64,000 nt of DNA from Mytilus trossulus. Taxonomy: Eukaryota. The notes beneath the pieces are model-generated. The model was not told the DNA's origin and did no database searches. It saw nothing but the letters and a program-made list of their open reading frames with translations. Numbering within the stretch: the stretch's first letter is position 1; every line of letters starts with the position of its first letter. The stretch lies in NCBI RefSeq assembly GCF_036588685.1, contig NC_086378.1:54560001-54624000 (forward strand), given 5' to 3'. Positions 26,036 through 39,438 of the stretch are shown here, in pieces. The translations under genes were made by a program, and so were the position numbers.

Positions 26036-28488
26036 ATACATTGTATGTTTTACCACAGCACTAGTTGTTGCATAAGATAAGAATTAACTGATTGTCTCTC
26101 TTTGACTGATGTTTTTTTTGTATTTCCTTTTCTGTATGAAAATGATTTTTTAATTACGCGAGAGTGTGGTTTAATAATAGTAACTTACATCCAGGTCAAT
26201 TGTAGTACGATATAAGGTAGTGACAATTGTCTCATAAATCATCTCTATATTCTTTATATTACTTTATTAATATATGAATACAAGAAAACAAGTTGTTTAT
26301 GTGCATTGTTTCTCTATATGACCTTCAACCTCCATTTCTTAAAACTAATGGTCAGCTGAGTACTAAACGTTTTCGACCGATATATAAACAGCTGAATTAC
26401 GTCATGATATTATTCTAAAGAAAGTAGCAATTTATTATTATCCTTGCGAAGGTTACAAGAGAAATATGATGTTTTCGAATTTAAAACATTTCCGATAAAT
26501 CATTCGAAACTTAAATCTGGTTTTTATAAAAATATTAATTACATTAAGTATCAACATGCTCCCGTTCTTAAAGTGCATGTAATATTTAACAACGTCCTTT
26601 ACTGTCCCTTTGGTATCTTTCGTCCCTTACTTGATTATTTACACTAACTTCGATCATTCAATCATAAAATGAAAAAAGTATGGCAAAATCGTGGGAATGC
26701 TTGGGTTATTTTAAGACCTTTAACATGTTTGAGAGGTTCTGGATTTTCTCATTGTTCTACAGTTAATGTTTATATATCAGTCCTTTCAAAAACATCGTAA
26801 AAATTCTTTTACTAAAACGTTGGTGGTTTTATTTTTATTTATTTGTTTGAATAAAAAAGAAAAGTGTGCGTCTCTCATTTAAGGAAGATAAAGAACTACT
26901 TCGATAAAAAAAAAATAAGAAGGTATTGTTCGAATGAGATTTTTATATTTCATACATTATGTCTTTGATATATCAAGTGGATTATTCGATTGAAATCTAT
27001 GAGCAACAATTGTGGATGTTTCTTGATATGCATGAAACAGATGATATGAAAAGTACATTAAGCATGAAACATAATTCAAAATTTCATGAATTTAGTTTTC
27101 TTTTTGTGGTTTTTCCTTTCTCTATTTACTTTGCCATTTAGCCTTTTCTATACCCATTGTGTTAACAAAGTACATCACCGCGTGGTTGCCGATGATCCCA
27201 ATAGGTGGTTGACTTAGTTAAAAGGTTGATACCTTTTTGAGCTTTCAGTGTCAATCGAAATAGGGTAAGAGGTGTTAGAGAAACTGACAACTTTCAGTGT
27301 ATGCCGAAAAATAAAGAATGTGGTAGGCAATCAAAGAATTAATTTTGTCATTATTAAGGAAACAGATTATAGTATGAATGGTTCCACATGTAAGAACTGA
27401 ATGCTTCTTTTTGAAACTACATTGCCGCGCTTCATACAAAATGTACTTCGGTCAACGCTTTTACAACCCTATGAAGTTACGAAAAGAAGCATTCAATACT
27501 TATAATTACATTTTTTAGCTAGGATCGATTTTTATCAAGTTTTTATTTAATTTACCTGTGCACTTTATTGTGGGACCTCTTGCCATCATGAACGATAATT
27601 TTTATTGTGTAATGAATCTGCTTAATGAATAACGCGAGATTGTAGTGTAGCCAATCAGAAAAGCGTATTATAATGAAACATACATCTAATGTAATTTTTC
27701 AGTTATGATGTTGTGCTCGCTGTTCTTATAGATATCCATCAACGGTTGATCTGTTCACCTGTCACTTGGCATTCATTTTTTTCGTTTTCGAATTTTGAGT
27801 TGTTTGCTCGCTCTAATTTTGATGTCTTCGCCTATAATATACATCTAATGAAAACCACGAAGTATATGTCAAATCCTCTAAATGCGTGTTATGTCGAACT
27901 TTATTAAACTCGCACAAATTTTTACTTTGAAACTACTACACAATCATAAAACAAAATTTAAATGTTAACGTTTTGTCAGATTTTCGGAATCCTCTTAATA
28001 AAGCTTGTTTTATACATTTGAATGCCTTAAAAAAAATTGGCCCATTGACCCCAAATTTTCTTTTTATAAATCATTTACATGTATAATTATAAGCCTAATA
28101 AAATCTTTGTTATTTAAAAAAAAAAAATTGAGAACTGAAACTTGTCAATGATAATGCTAAGAACAATCAAGAGAGAACATTTCCAACCAAATTTCAATGG
28201 CTAATATCTCAGGAACAAGCACATTGACCTATATTCTATTTTTGCTCTTTTTGTTCCTTTATTAATCTGACGGTAATAGTGCATATTGTATCTGTTAAAA
28301 TTCCATCTTCCACAGATCGAAATAAAAAGAGATAACACCCAACTCAGATCAGAAACCTCGTCAATGGTTGTCGTAAGTTCATAACGATTTGTTTTGTAGT
28401 AGGTGGTAGAACTATTGTAGCCTGTTAAATTTGTCTACGACTTGCCTAGAGTTTTGAAAAAATATTAAGATGTTAATAACCTGTCCAG

Positions 28489-28846
28489 TTCTTGGGGTGA
28501 ACACTAAATTTTTGTAAAAATCTGGATGCCTGCTAGACGACTTAGTTTGTTTAAAATTGGTATGGACTAATACTGTTACATGCAATGCATTACAAGCTAA
28601 TGTTGATTTTTCAGAAGATGTATTGGTTTATGAGTTTCAGTTAATTTCATGTATCTAAGTGAACGAATATCGAAGGTACAATACATAAATTGGACAAACA
28701 TGCCATTGAACCATATTTATTTGACAAAACAACATTAGCTTGTACTGCATTACATGTAACAGTATTCATCCATACCAATTTTGAACAATTTAAGTCGTCT
28801 AGCAGGCCTCCAGATTTTTCGGAAAATTCAGTGTTCACCCCAAGAA
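28489..28846. repeat. Imperfect inverted repeat, ~117-bp arms
   Basis: 28489-28605 is a diverged reverse complement of 28730-28846. Confidence 0.8.
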
Positions 28847-31109
28847 CCGGTTTGGCCACAACATAACAATTTCAAGTTTATTAACAATTTACACTGTGTG
28901 TTTATGTTAAGTATGTCTAAATGAAGATATGTTTCCATAGTTTAGGACTTTTTTCATTATAGGTTGAAAAATAAGTTTAGATGTTTTTATGCTTCCTATA
29001 TTTTGACTTTAGTGGAATCTTAAAACACTTGTCTATTGTTAAAGAACGTACATAGCTAATATATGTTGATCTCCAGATGTCCCTATTTGTATAGTGTTGG
29101 GTAAAAGTCTCATTAAAATGCATGTCAAACCCTTTTTTTCAACTATTTTGGCTATATTCATACAAAAATAAATTTCTTAAAAAAATTATCTGCAGTAATA
29201 CGATAAATGTTGGTACCCATTTGCTCTTAAACAAATTTTCAGGTACACATCATATACGGACTTTCTAAAACTCAATTTTATTATCTGCAATTAAAATTAT
29301 ATAATAAAATCGCACTTAAATAGGATGTATTTCATTATATCACTTCCATGTTATTATGTCAAGATCACAATCTTTGCATGTTTTTTTTAAGAAAAAGCAA
29401 AAAATGCATGTAATTTTTCATTTGCAATCCCGGATATATGATGGTAACCAAAAGCGATTTCGAACTAAAAGGTGCATTTTCAAAGTGTAGATGAAACTTT
29501 AGGAAGAAAGGTAATATGTTTAAATATTTTTGATTATTTTATATAATCGTAAGGCTAGTAATTTTGTATTCTTTTAAATGTTAGTTTGTACCGGAATATC
29601 AAAGACGCACGGTATTTAAAATATTTGTTTTTTTTTCTCCTCTTGCTTTCCAAACTTTCTAATGTTGTTTTTTTTTTTTTTATTTTTATAAGATATATGA
29701 TTTTTATTTTCTCTTTGCTTTTCCAAACTTTCTAAAGTTTTTTTTTTTTTTTTAATTTATGATATCTAGTCTATTCCTCATTAAAGTTTCTTCGTCTAAT
29801 GTTATGTATAATAAGGCCTTAAAGTGTTACCCTGATTCATTGAGAAACATGCGTTCTCCTTAATTAAATGTTTTTTCATACCGGTATATGATACAAACTG
29901 TATATAAATTCAGTCGTCTAATAAAAAAATCATGCTTACCACCATTGCACCAATTTGCAGTAGATATTCACTATGGAAGTCACGAACTTTGTCTTTGCAT
30001 GCATTTATGTATTTCTCTGTTCATGGTTCCTACAAAACTGGTTGTTAACTTTGTAGTGTCATCAGTCTTATTGTTCCTGTAAGTATAACATAACAAGGAT
30101 ACATGTTAATATATAATTACTACTGAAAAAAATAAAAATGTTTTGTAACAGAACTTCATAACAAATTGACCATAAATTGCGCAGCGTTCTGAGGTTCACG
30201 ATTGCTTAATTTATATCAGAAAACATCTTATTTTGTAATTTCGTAAATTGGACAAGTTTTATATATCGACAAATAACATGTTCCGCTTAACAAAAAATCT
30301 TCAAACGAGTTGTTTTATATATTATATTGTTTTTACTAATATGAATAATCCTCTTTTTTTGTTTTTCGTTTCTTGTTTTACCCAGCTCGCATTAAAAGGC
30401 AAAGTAAAGGCTTGGACAAGACAATGCTGTTCGTAAAAATGTTAGAAAATCGTCAAATCTTTCAATATTTAAAATTTACAAGTTTTATAACCATTTCAAG
30501 ATCAACTTTGTACATGAAACAAACCGGACATACTTCAAGTTAGCTTTGTGCTTTGTTTAATTAATTTGTTTGTGGTTTTGTTTCTAGGTTCAAGAGGTCA
30601 TGCGTGTTTTTTCACCTAAATATATATATGTCTTCTATTTTTACTTTTTTACCATTTGCCTCGCTATGAATAATGGAGCTGTTACTTTAATTTTGCTGAA
30701 ACAGCACTTCAATAACGCAAACAAAACCGCATACAGAAGTCAACATACGGTATTTAACGATATAGGCTCTGAATATCCCAGCTTTAAACAAATAGCAGAG
30801 ACTACAACATTTTGTCATCAAAACCATATTATCAAAATAACAAAAACTTTTTTGAGGATGCACTTTTCTTTAAAAGTCATATTTAGGAATTTGAGTTATA
30901 TGTTCGGTCTCCTTGGATTTTTCTGTACAATATAAGGTAAAATAGTTTTCCCCATGTATAACCACCAATTTTACTTTCCTTGTAAATCTTCGATTGCTCA
31001 TACCAGTTCATTTACCAAAATATTAGCAGATTCTCGCTTTCTTTTCTAACGCTTGAAGACTGTAATATTGACCATCGTGTACTAAGGTAAACACTAGGTT
31101 AGTCTTTCT

Positions 31110-31628
31110 CGCCATATTTCAAAAATCAAAAATCTCGATGTTAAAAACCTATCAATATATTTGGCTTATTTGTTCCTGAACTAATGTTCTTCTGACTTAT
31201 TATATCAATTTCAAATGCTAGTTTAATTTCAACTAAAATCACCCTAAGATATAACACCATTATATCTTTTTAATCAAATATCTCAAAACGTAGTTGGATA
31301 ACCTATCAATATGTGTGGCATATTTGTTTCTTAACTAATGCTCTTCTGATTTATAGTATCAATTCCAAATTCTAGCGGTTTTTTTTATTTCAACTAATTA
31401 CATCCATAAATGTAATACAATAATATTTCAAAAATCAAATATCTCAAAAAGGAGTTCGATAACCTATCAATTTTTTTCGCATATTTGTTCCTTAACTCAT
31501 GCTCCTCTGATTTATAGTATTATTTTAAATTCTAGCGGGTTTTTTTTTTATTATTTCATTTAAGTACATCCATAGTTATAACACAATAATATTTAAAAAG
31601 AATCAAATATCTCAAAATGGAGTTCCAT
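31110..31628. repeat. Degenerate ~160-170 bp tandem repeat hosting the second retrozyme array
   Basis: aatcaaatatctcaaaa...acctatcaa...taatgctcttctga recurs three to four times and resumes at 32546. Confidence 0.65.
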
Positions 31629-31661
31629 TAGTTATCAAAGGTACCAGGATTATAATTTAAT

Positions 31662-31705
31662 ACGCCAGACGCGCGTTTCGTCTACATAAGACTCATCAGT
31701 GACGC
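31662..31705 (-). ncRNA. Minimal type I hammerhead ribozyme
   Basis: Same 44-nt motif as in the first array. Confidence 0.88.
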
Positions 31706-32018
31706 TCAGATCAAAACAGTTAAAAAGCCAAACAAATACAAAGTTGAAGAGCATTGAGGACCCAAAAATTCCAAAAAGTTGTGCCAAATACGGCTAAGGT
31801 AATCTACTCCTGGGCGTAAGAAAATCCTTAGTTTTTCGAAAATATCAAAGTTTTATAAACAGAAAATTTATAAAAATTACCATATAATTGATATTCATGT
31901 CAACACCGAAGTGCTGACTACTGGGCTGGTGATACCCTCGGGGACGAAACGTCCACCAGCAGTGGCATCGACCCAGTGGTGTAAATAGTTATCAAAGGTA
32001 CCAGGATTATAATTTAAT

Positions 32019-32062
32019 ACGCCAGACGCGCGTTTCGTCTACATAAGACTCATCAGTGACGC
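32019..32062 (-). ncRNA. Minimal type I hammerhead ribozyme
   Basis: Same 44-nt motif as in the first array. Confidence 0.88.
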
Positions 32063-32375
32063 TCAGATCAAAACAGTTAAAAAGCCAAACAAATACAAAG
32101 TTGAAGAGCATTGAGGACCCAAAAATTCCAAAAAGTTGTGCCAAATACGGCTACGGTAATCTACTCCTGGGCGTAAGACAATCCTTAGTTTTTCGAAAAT
32201 ATCAAAGTTTTATAAACAGAAAATTTATAAAAATGACCATATAATTGATATTCATGTCAACACCGAAGTGCTGACTACTGGGCTGGTGATACCCTCGGGG
32301 ACGAAACGTCCACCAGCAGTGGCATCGACCCAGTGGTGTAAATAGTTATCAAAGGTACCAGGATTATAATTTAAT

Positions 32376-32419
32376 ACGCCAGACGCGCGTTTCGTCAACA
32401 TAAGACTCATCAGTGACGC
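32376..32419 (-). ncRNA. Minimal type I hammerhead ribozyme (one stem II substitution)
   Basis: Core intact; plus strand reads gtcaaca instead of gtctaca, which shortens stem II. Confidence 0.8.
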
Positions 32420-32975
32420 TCAGATCAAAACAGTTTAAATGCCAAACAAATACAAAGTTGAAGAGCATTGAGGACCCAAAAATTCCAAAAAGTTGTGCCA
32501 AATACGGCTAAGGTAATCTACTCCAGGGCGTAAGAAAATCCATAGTAATGCTCTTCTGACCTATAGTATCAACTTCAAAATCTAGTAATCACATCCTTTA
32601 ACATAACACAATAATAACCACTGGCACAGAAGCTATGCAAGCCAATTCACACGAAAGTATGTAAAATTACATATTGTATTTTAATAAAATCCCCTTTCTT
32701 TTCCCAATCTTAAAACATTATAATCTACAAATTACAAAAAAAAATTGACAATGACAATGACAAATCATACGGATTCTATGTAATGATTCAAAATTCATTT
32801 CATTGGATAATATAAATGGGTATGCAAATTTAAGAAAGGTGTTTCACCTCAGTCTATACATGTAATGCATTTATATATTTATTTTATTTTTTTTATTTTT
32901 AATAGATTGTACGAAGCTACGACAAACTGAACTAATGAAAAACAGTCATAAAGACCAAGTTTTACTCTATACACA

Positions 32976-33437
32976 ATGAAAGTTGCAAACGGTTTATTAA
33001 CAATCCTTATCTTTTACAATTGTTGTTCTGTGCTGATCTGTGGACAGAAAAGTCACAATAATGGTTTAAATTTGAATATTTCTGGAGGAGGGGGTGGAGG
33101 AATTGGAGGAATTGGTCCCGGGGGAGACGGTGGAAGCGTCATCACTAACCTGAATATCAAGAAAATAAAAAATGTTCGCAAGAATAAAGGCGACAGACAA
33201 AAGATTAAGTTAGCAAACGGGACAACCCTTGAAGGATTTAATTTAAATATTAATGGCGGCGGAGGTGGTGGCGGCGGTGGTCCTGGAGCAGGAGGCGATG
33301 GTGGAGATGTAATTACTAATGTTAATGTGGGAAAGATGAAGAATGTTGATAAGATTAAACCGTGGAAGAAAAAGAAAGACAAAAAAGACAAAAAGAAGGA
33401 TAAAAAAGATAAAAAGAAAGACAAAGAAACAAAATAA
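32976..33437 (+). CDS. Secreted Gly-rich cationic protein, paralog 4 (153 aa; 2 G9 modules; KKD-repeat tail)
   Basis: Signal peptide MKVANGLLTILIFYNCCSVLICG; two modules 57 aa apart; Lys/Asp tail; candidate acceptor AG 32904-32905; AATAAA at 33480 and 33551. Confidence 0.88.
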   Translation: MKVANGLLTILIFYNCCSVLICGQKSHNNGLNLNISGGGGGGIGGIGPGGDGGSVITNLNIKKIKNVRKNKGDRQKIKLANGTTLEGFNLNINGGGGGGGGGPGAGGDGGDVITNVNVGKMKNVDKIKPWKKKKDKKDKKKDKKDKKKDKETK

Positions 33438-33821
33438 ACTAAAGAATTACGGTGAACAGCATTATAATAGCAAAAGAGCAATAAATCAGATTTTAGATAA
33501 AAAAAAAAATTAAAGAATTACGATTGGTGTTGATAAGGAAATATTATATGAATAAAGATGTAATTACACACGTCTTTATTATTTCTCTATTGACTGAGAT
33601 TTGAGACAAAATAAATTCGATTGCTAATATATTGTTTATATTTGCCTTATGTTAGATTCGACCGTCCTATATATAACAAGGACACTTAACAAATTTAAAT
33701 TCAAATCTTTATTGTCATTACACTACATATTTATAGTATGTGACAAAGCATAACAAAATAAAAAGAAACAATAAAGTTAACGAACACATGTTATAGTTCT
33801 CATAGTTCATATACTTTTTTT

Positions 33822-34158
33822 TAACTCACATTGACCTAAACGTCAACGTGAGCTTTTCACGATACTTGGCAACCGTCGTCTGTCGTCAGCGGTCGTCATT
33901 AACTTTTACAAAAATCTTCTTCTCTACTGAGACAAATTTAACAAAACTCTGCCAACAATCATTATTGAGGTATATATTTTAAAAAAAGTGTCCGATGACC
34001 CTGCTTGCTTACCAACAAGGCCGACATGGCATAAAAACAGAACATAGAGGCTTTTAGTTATTATCTCTGACACTAAAGCAAATGTTTGCATTATTTCTTC
34101 ATGCAACAATTGTTAACAAAAATATCGTGAGCGACACAGGATCCATGAAGCCTCTAGT
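33822..34158 (+). mobile_element. Short internally deleted HINE
   Basis: Diverged 5' end, (GTC)n tract and 3' end gtgagcgacacagg...agcctctagt as in 609-2410. Confidence 0.6.
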
Positions 34159-36512
34159 TTGTATACACGACCGGTTGAACAACATTCCTTTTAAGTAACG
34201 TTACCGTAAATATAAATAACATATCATGTTTACAATAAGTTACAAAGATTATGATATGAAACAGTTGATGGTACAAATGTAACTGTTAAATAAGTTTACA
34301 ACCATATCACTGTAGGCCTAGGACTGTTTGTTTCTCTTCTTTCACATTGATGACACAATAATGCTTTTTAATCTATAAAAACATAAGTTGAGTGATATTT
34401 TTTTTATTGAATTAAAGAACACAACCGTAGCTCCGTCATGCAAAAATTGTATTAGCTCTTTATTTTTGTATTGAATTATGTTACTAATAAATCAGAAAAT
34501 GCAATAAATACTTTTTGCCTCCGAACTCTAAAGTTTCACTTTTCCTCCGTCTTCGTTTTTTACCTCTCTGTTTCTTTCTAAATCCTACAAGTGCAGCTAT
34601 TATCAAAGAGAGTTAAAATTATAAAAGGGACATTAAAACTCCTAAGTCAAAATTCAACTTACTGCGACATGGCTAAAAAAGAAAAACAGACACACAACAG
34701 TGCTTGCACAGAACACAGCACAGACCCTAGAGACTGTTTAACACGAACCACAACAAAAACTTGGATGACCTCAAGTACAGCAGAAAGGTAAGTAGATACT
34801 ACTCCAAATATGGCAGATCGTCGTGCAGCTCATGGTAATATTACAAATCCTGTAATAAGCTTATTCTGTGCGTCTCATTTGGGGAAAACAAACAGGATTA
34901 CATTTAGTAAGACATTTGGAAAATTTCTGCCAGCATCTTTGAAACTGATATTCCATAAATGGGAACCAACTCGTGGTGGCTACCGTAAATTTTACGAAGT
35001 GATAATTTCAACTTCAACACTTGAAGCTCTTGTTTTGATAGCTTCCTTATAAATAATAATTTATCAAATTGAATATTTCATATTCATTTTAGAAATTATA
35101 AATCTATATAAAGGCAAAAGTAGTATACCAATGTTCAAAACTCATAAATCGACAGAAAAAATAAACAAATTCGGGTCACAAACCAAAACCGAGGAAAACG
35201 CATTAGACAAAATCCTATCAGAATAACAAATATAACATCAAAACTAAAAACATGAATTTGGGATAGAAAAGTACCGTGACACGTCTTATGTGAATTCACA
35301 CTCAAATATAAGAGGAAAAAACGACACAGAATAAACACAACGTTAAAATGTAACACACAGACACGAACTATAATATAACAATGACCATATTCCTGACTAT
35401 ATTATAGACTAGTTGATTATCTAATGTGATTTTAATATCAAATTGTCAACATGCAGGAGAGGACTTCATAAGTGGGTAAAACTTGTGACTGATCCTTTAA
35501 AATGAACACAAACCTTTTTATTAAAAACAACTTATATAAAAACTTTCATAGCTGACTATGCAGAATGGGCGTTACTTATTGTCGAAGGTAGTCTGGTGAC
35601 CTATAGTTGTTACTTTCTGTGTCGTGTGGTCTCCTTTGAAAAGTTGTCCTATTGACAATCATACCACATCTTCTTTTTCATATGGAAAACTATTTTGCAT
35701 TTTAACTGATTGTATGTGCTTCCAATGTAATTTGAATATTGGGACCGTCAGATTAAACTAATAAATGCAAGGGAACGAAGGCACAAAATGATAAAATATT
35801 CACAATGATGATCTATCTATTTTCAAGTCCAAGTATTATTAAGGTATCTTCTCTTGTTTCATCTAAATATTCTTAATTTTTTTCCGGCGTTATTCAAATT
35901 TCAAATGGATTTCAAGACTAAAAAGAATATTACAATTTTGGGATAATTTGAGTTTTCTCTTCCACTTATGATATAATTTGCCTCATTCCCTGAGTTTTAA
36001 ACACATCCTTGGCTTTCACATATTCAACTCTGGTGAAGGTAAGTCAAGAAAAGCGGTTCTGGCGCATGCAATTGATATTGTTGCTTTTATTTTTATACAG
36101 CAGTGCTCCTAAGAACTTTTCTTGATTTACCTTTACCAGAACGGCATCGCTGCTTGTGAACTGGCTTCATCCGAGTCTATCATCAGCTCAGAAGTTAGTA
36201 CAGAGTTGCAAACATTATTTAAAACCACTCTTTATAATATTGTCCGTTAAAAAGTTCTTTCAGTTCCCTTAGTTAAAGTTGACCCTAAATGGATTTCGCT
36301 TTATTTTGATTTTTTTAATTTGGTCATAAAGCTCCTCAGTTGTTTGCGTTTTTATGCATCCTCGTCTTTCAAATGTTTGCTATTGAGCGTTCTTTGTAAA
36401 GGTAAATCAAGAAAAGTGCTTAGGACCACAGGTTCATGTCTGTGGAATAATATCAAACATATAAAAATGAGAAGACGTGGTATGATTCCCAATGAAACAA
36501 CTTAAGAAATAG

Positions 36513-36660
36513 TTCCTTCATGTCATGCTCTATGCTCATTTTAACATGGGTAGGCATTATATTTGTCGATATTTTACACTGAGCGTTAGCGAGGTGTAAA
36601 ATGTGGTCAAATATAATGCCTACCCATGTTAAAATGAGCATAGAGCATGACATGAAGGAA
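36513..36660. repeat. Perfect 53-bp-arm inverted repeat (palindromic non-autonomous element)
   Basis: 36513-36565 is the exact reverse complement of 36608-36660; the spacer also pairs (attttacac/gtgtaaaat) around gagcgttagcgag. Confidence 0.85.
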
Positions 36661-37184
36661 TAATTTCGATTCTAATAGGACAAATGCAGTATTTTTATAG
36701 GTCGAAGCGTAAGAAAATACCGTAAACACTTTTGGCTTTTCTCGTTTCCTCCCCGAGGAGTATGTGCATTACAATTCATATTTGATAAGTTTAAAAACCG
36801 CGATCAGGGTAAATATATGTTGTTTGATATAAATATATAATAACAGTTTATGCTAGCTGCTTAAATGTATACATTTTAAAGGATAACGATGGACATAACG
36901 TTTATACAAACAGTAAGGTCGTGCGCATGTGTCAAACATATTTTTTATGCTCATTAGAACACGGCTTTGTTAACAAAGCGTAATAAGGACGTCATATTAG
37001 AATCTCCATTAGAGACCAAAATGACATAATAAATAGACCTAGATTACTCTCAGGTCGGACGTCTGAGCTCGTCGCATATAGAAAAATAGATATTTGCCCA
37101 TCCAAAAAGGATGCGCTGCTTCGTTCCTTCTGGAGACTTCTGATTGCATTAGATCCATACAAATCGGACCTCAATTTTTTCATT

Positions 37185-37790
37185 TTTTATTTATATTTAT
37201 TCATTTATGTAAGTTTCATCAACCTGCCTACCTTTATTTTCTCACATTTGGACAGTTTCGCAGTGAACAATCGTTGTGTACCAGAAAAATATAATAAAAA
37301 TTTACAAAAAATCAGGCTTAACTTATCAAATCGATATACGAAAAGGTATACATTTGACAAAAACACGGACCGGATATTGCAAGATATTTATACACTCCTT
37401 ATCGCATAAATCACAAATTCTTTCAGATCTATCAATAGAAAAAATCTACCAGTCTCAATTGGCAACTTGTGACTTCCACATCTGCATTTAATAATATTAT
37501 ACCTCAAATCCGGTGGGAATACCGAGAGATACTTCTCAAGACCAAATTCAGTCTTATAAATTATATAATTAATACACACAGGGGAGTAAAAAATTTATGC
37601 TTTCCAAATTTCAACAAATTTTTCATGAAGAACTTGTTTAACTTGTCTTGACAGAATAACATTTCTTTCAACATTTTGGTTATTCCAACAATGAGTATAA
37701 CCACATTCAAGTAAAATTTCTTTGATACATGATGACCATTTTAAGTGATACACATCACCTTCGTCAAGTCTATTTAACATCTCATATGCA
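37185..37790 (-). mobile_element. 3' fragment of a non-LTR retrotransposon (LINE) ORF2, frameshifted
   Basis: Minus-strand pieces KWSSCIKEILLECGY..W, YKTEFGLEKYL, RCGSHKLPIETGR, ERICDLC resemble the C-terminal region of invertebrate LINE RT ORFs; A-rich tail near 37185-37205. Confidence 0.65.
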
Positions 37791-39336
37791 GTCAGGATTA
37801 TAATACTTCGTCAAAATTATCTCCCCATTACGCCGCTTTTTTTTATGAATATAAACATGGAATTCAATTGTAGTGATGAAGCGCCGTCAATTTCATGAAT
37901 TTAAATCTTGAAAACCGATCAATTTATTCACATAGTATTCTTACGATCCTTTACTTATGTCAGTTGTGTTTTTAAAAACGAATGTATGGACTTGCGCATC
38001 TTCTAATGTTCTTTTAGGCATTTTGATCAGCTTGAAACTATTGTCTGATCGGTTGTAAGGGATACTTTTGAAAGATCAAAAATTAAAAAAATACCTGGAA
38101 GGGCAGAATAAAAAAAATAGATGTAAAGATTAATAACCATAGATAACACATACTTTAAAAAATGATGTCATTCGAACACGCCTTCTCTATCATTGTCTAT
38201 TGTTATGACTCATTAGAAAGTTGGTTTACTTAAACCATATATTTACTCTTTTAGTACTGTTACATTTTGATATATGTTTGTATCAACCTTAAGTCTATAT
38301 ATACATGTATTTATTGATAATAGAATCTGAAGCGAGATGTTGTATAAACTATTTTTCTTTTTAAAAGTTTCAAGACAAAATAGTCAACTCAACCCCATTT
38401 GAACAAAAAAGGTGTACTCCACTTTCTCTTCCCGATGATGCAATTATTGGATATTTTGAGAATTTTTTCAAAAAAGACTTTAACCGGGGACAGAGATACA
38501 AATAAATGCCATTTCTTTTGCTTGATTTGAACTGAATTTCAGCCTGGATGAGAATTATCTGTCTATTTTTTTTAAATGCTTCATGATATATTTGAAAATA
38601 TGAATACGATTTGTTATTCTTATACTAAGACTGCTTTAACATAACGCGAAATTATGTTAATTTTGATACGATTCAACAGCCCAACTCAAAGTTAAGGTCA
38701 ATACACCTTATCGCTTATCCCGGCCTACCAGGCCGCTTGAAATTTTGACGTATACAACAATCACTTTTCCATTGTGGCGTCAGATTTTTTTTACGGGAAC
38801 CTGTGTGATATCCAGTAATGGCGGACAAATAGAGATACGGTGTATTGTTCAATTATTTAGACCTAATGTTTCCCTGTTTTAGCTCACCGTTGGAAAGTAT
38901 GCATTCTGATATGTAGCTTTTTGTGACAGTGTTGCTATTTTAGAGTAAATAAGTCTTGAATCTTGAAATCTGGGGATGTTCAGTTTTAAAATAAAAACAA
39001 TCCAAACATGTTTTCATGGTTTATAATTAGTCGAAAAACTGTTTTCTTAATATATCAACTATCATACTTTCAGTTTTTCACTGTATGGTTTGATGACTAT
39101 GCTTTTTTATTGGTTTGTTTTCTTCGCTTTTTAAGAGTGGTTGTTTTAATTAAAAACGCAAATTAGAATCAATTATTCTCTAACTTTAAAAAAAAACATA
39201 AACATTTTGTTGTACTTGCATAATACCGTTGACGACACAAAACAACATCAACACACATAGCATTATAAAATTACTCAAAGAAATATTGCAAAAAGTTCTT
39301 TTCAGCATATAGACATAATTTATCATTTTGAAGTAC

Positions 39337-39438
39337 ACAAGGATACATGCACCATTTGTATGCATGTTATAAAGTAGATATAGTTCAACATTTTACATTT
39401 ATTGCTCGGCGTAAGAATCAAATATTAAAGGTAGGTTA
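39337..39438 (+). promoter_or_regulatory. Putative core promoter and short non-coding exon 1 of paralog 5
   Basis: ACAAGGATAC (39337), TATAAA (39368), AG|GTAGGT donor (39431); matches the equivalent block upstream of paralog 6. Confidence 0.5.

Larger units (their letters stand above)
31629..32545 (-). mobile_element. Non-LTR retrozyme-like tandem array, ~2.6 x 357 bp, three hammerheads
   Basis: Units start at 31629, 31986 and 32343; same family as 18990-20558 with array-specific substitutions. Confidence 0.9.

Noticed and set aside
32056-32244. 62-aa ORF in the retrozyme unit
   Set aside because: Non-ATG start and open only because of a unit-specific substitution; neighbouring units have a stop.
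33053-33481. Minus-strand poly-Pro ORFs (also 40658-40975) and Ser-rich ORFs 8439-8864, 16385-16813, 50000-50257
   Set aside because: Antisense shadows of the Gly-rich genes; no independent gene signals.
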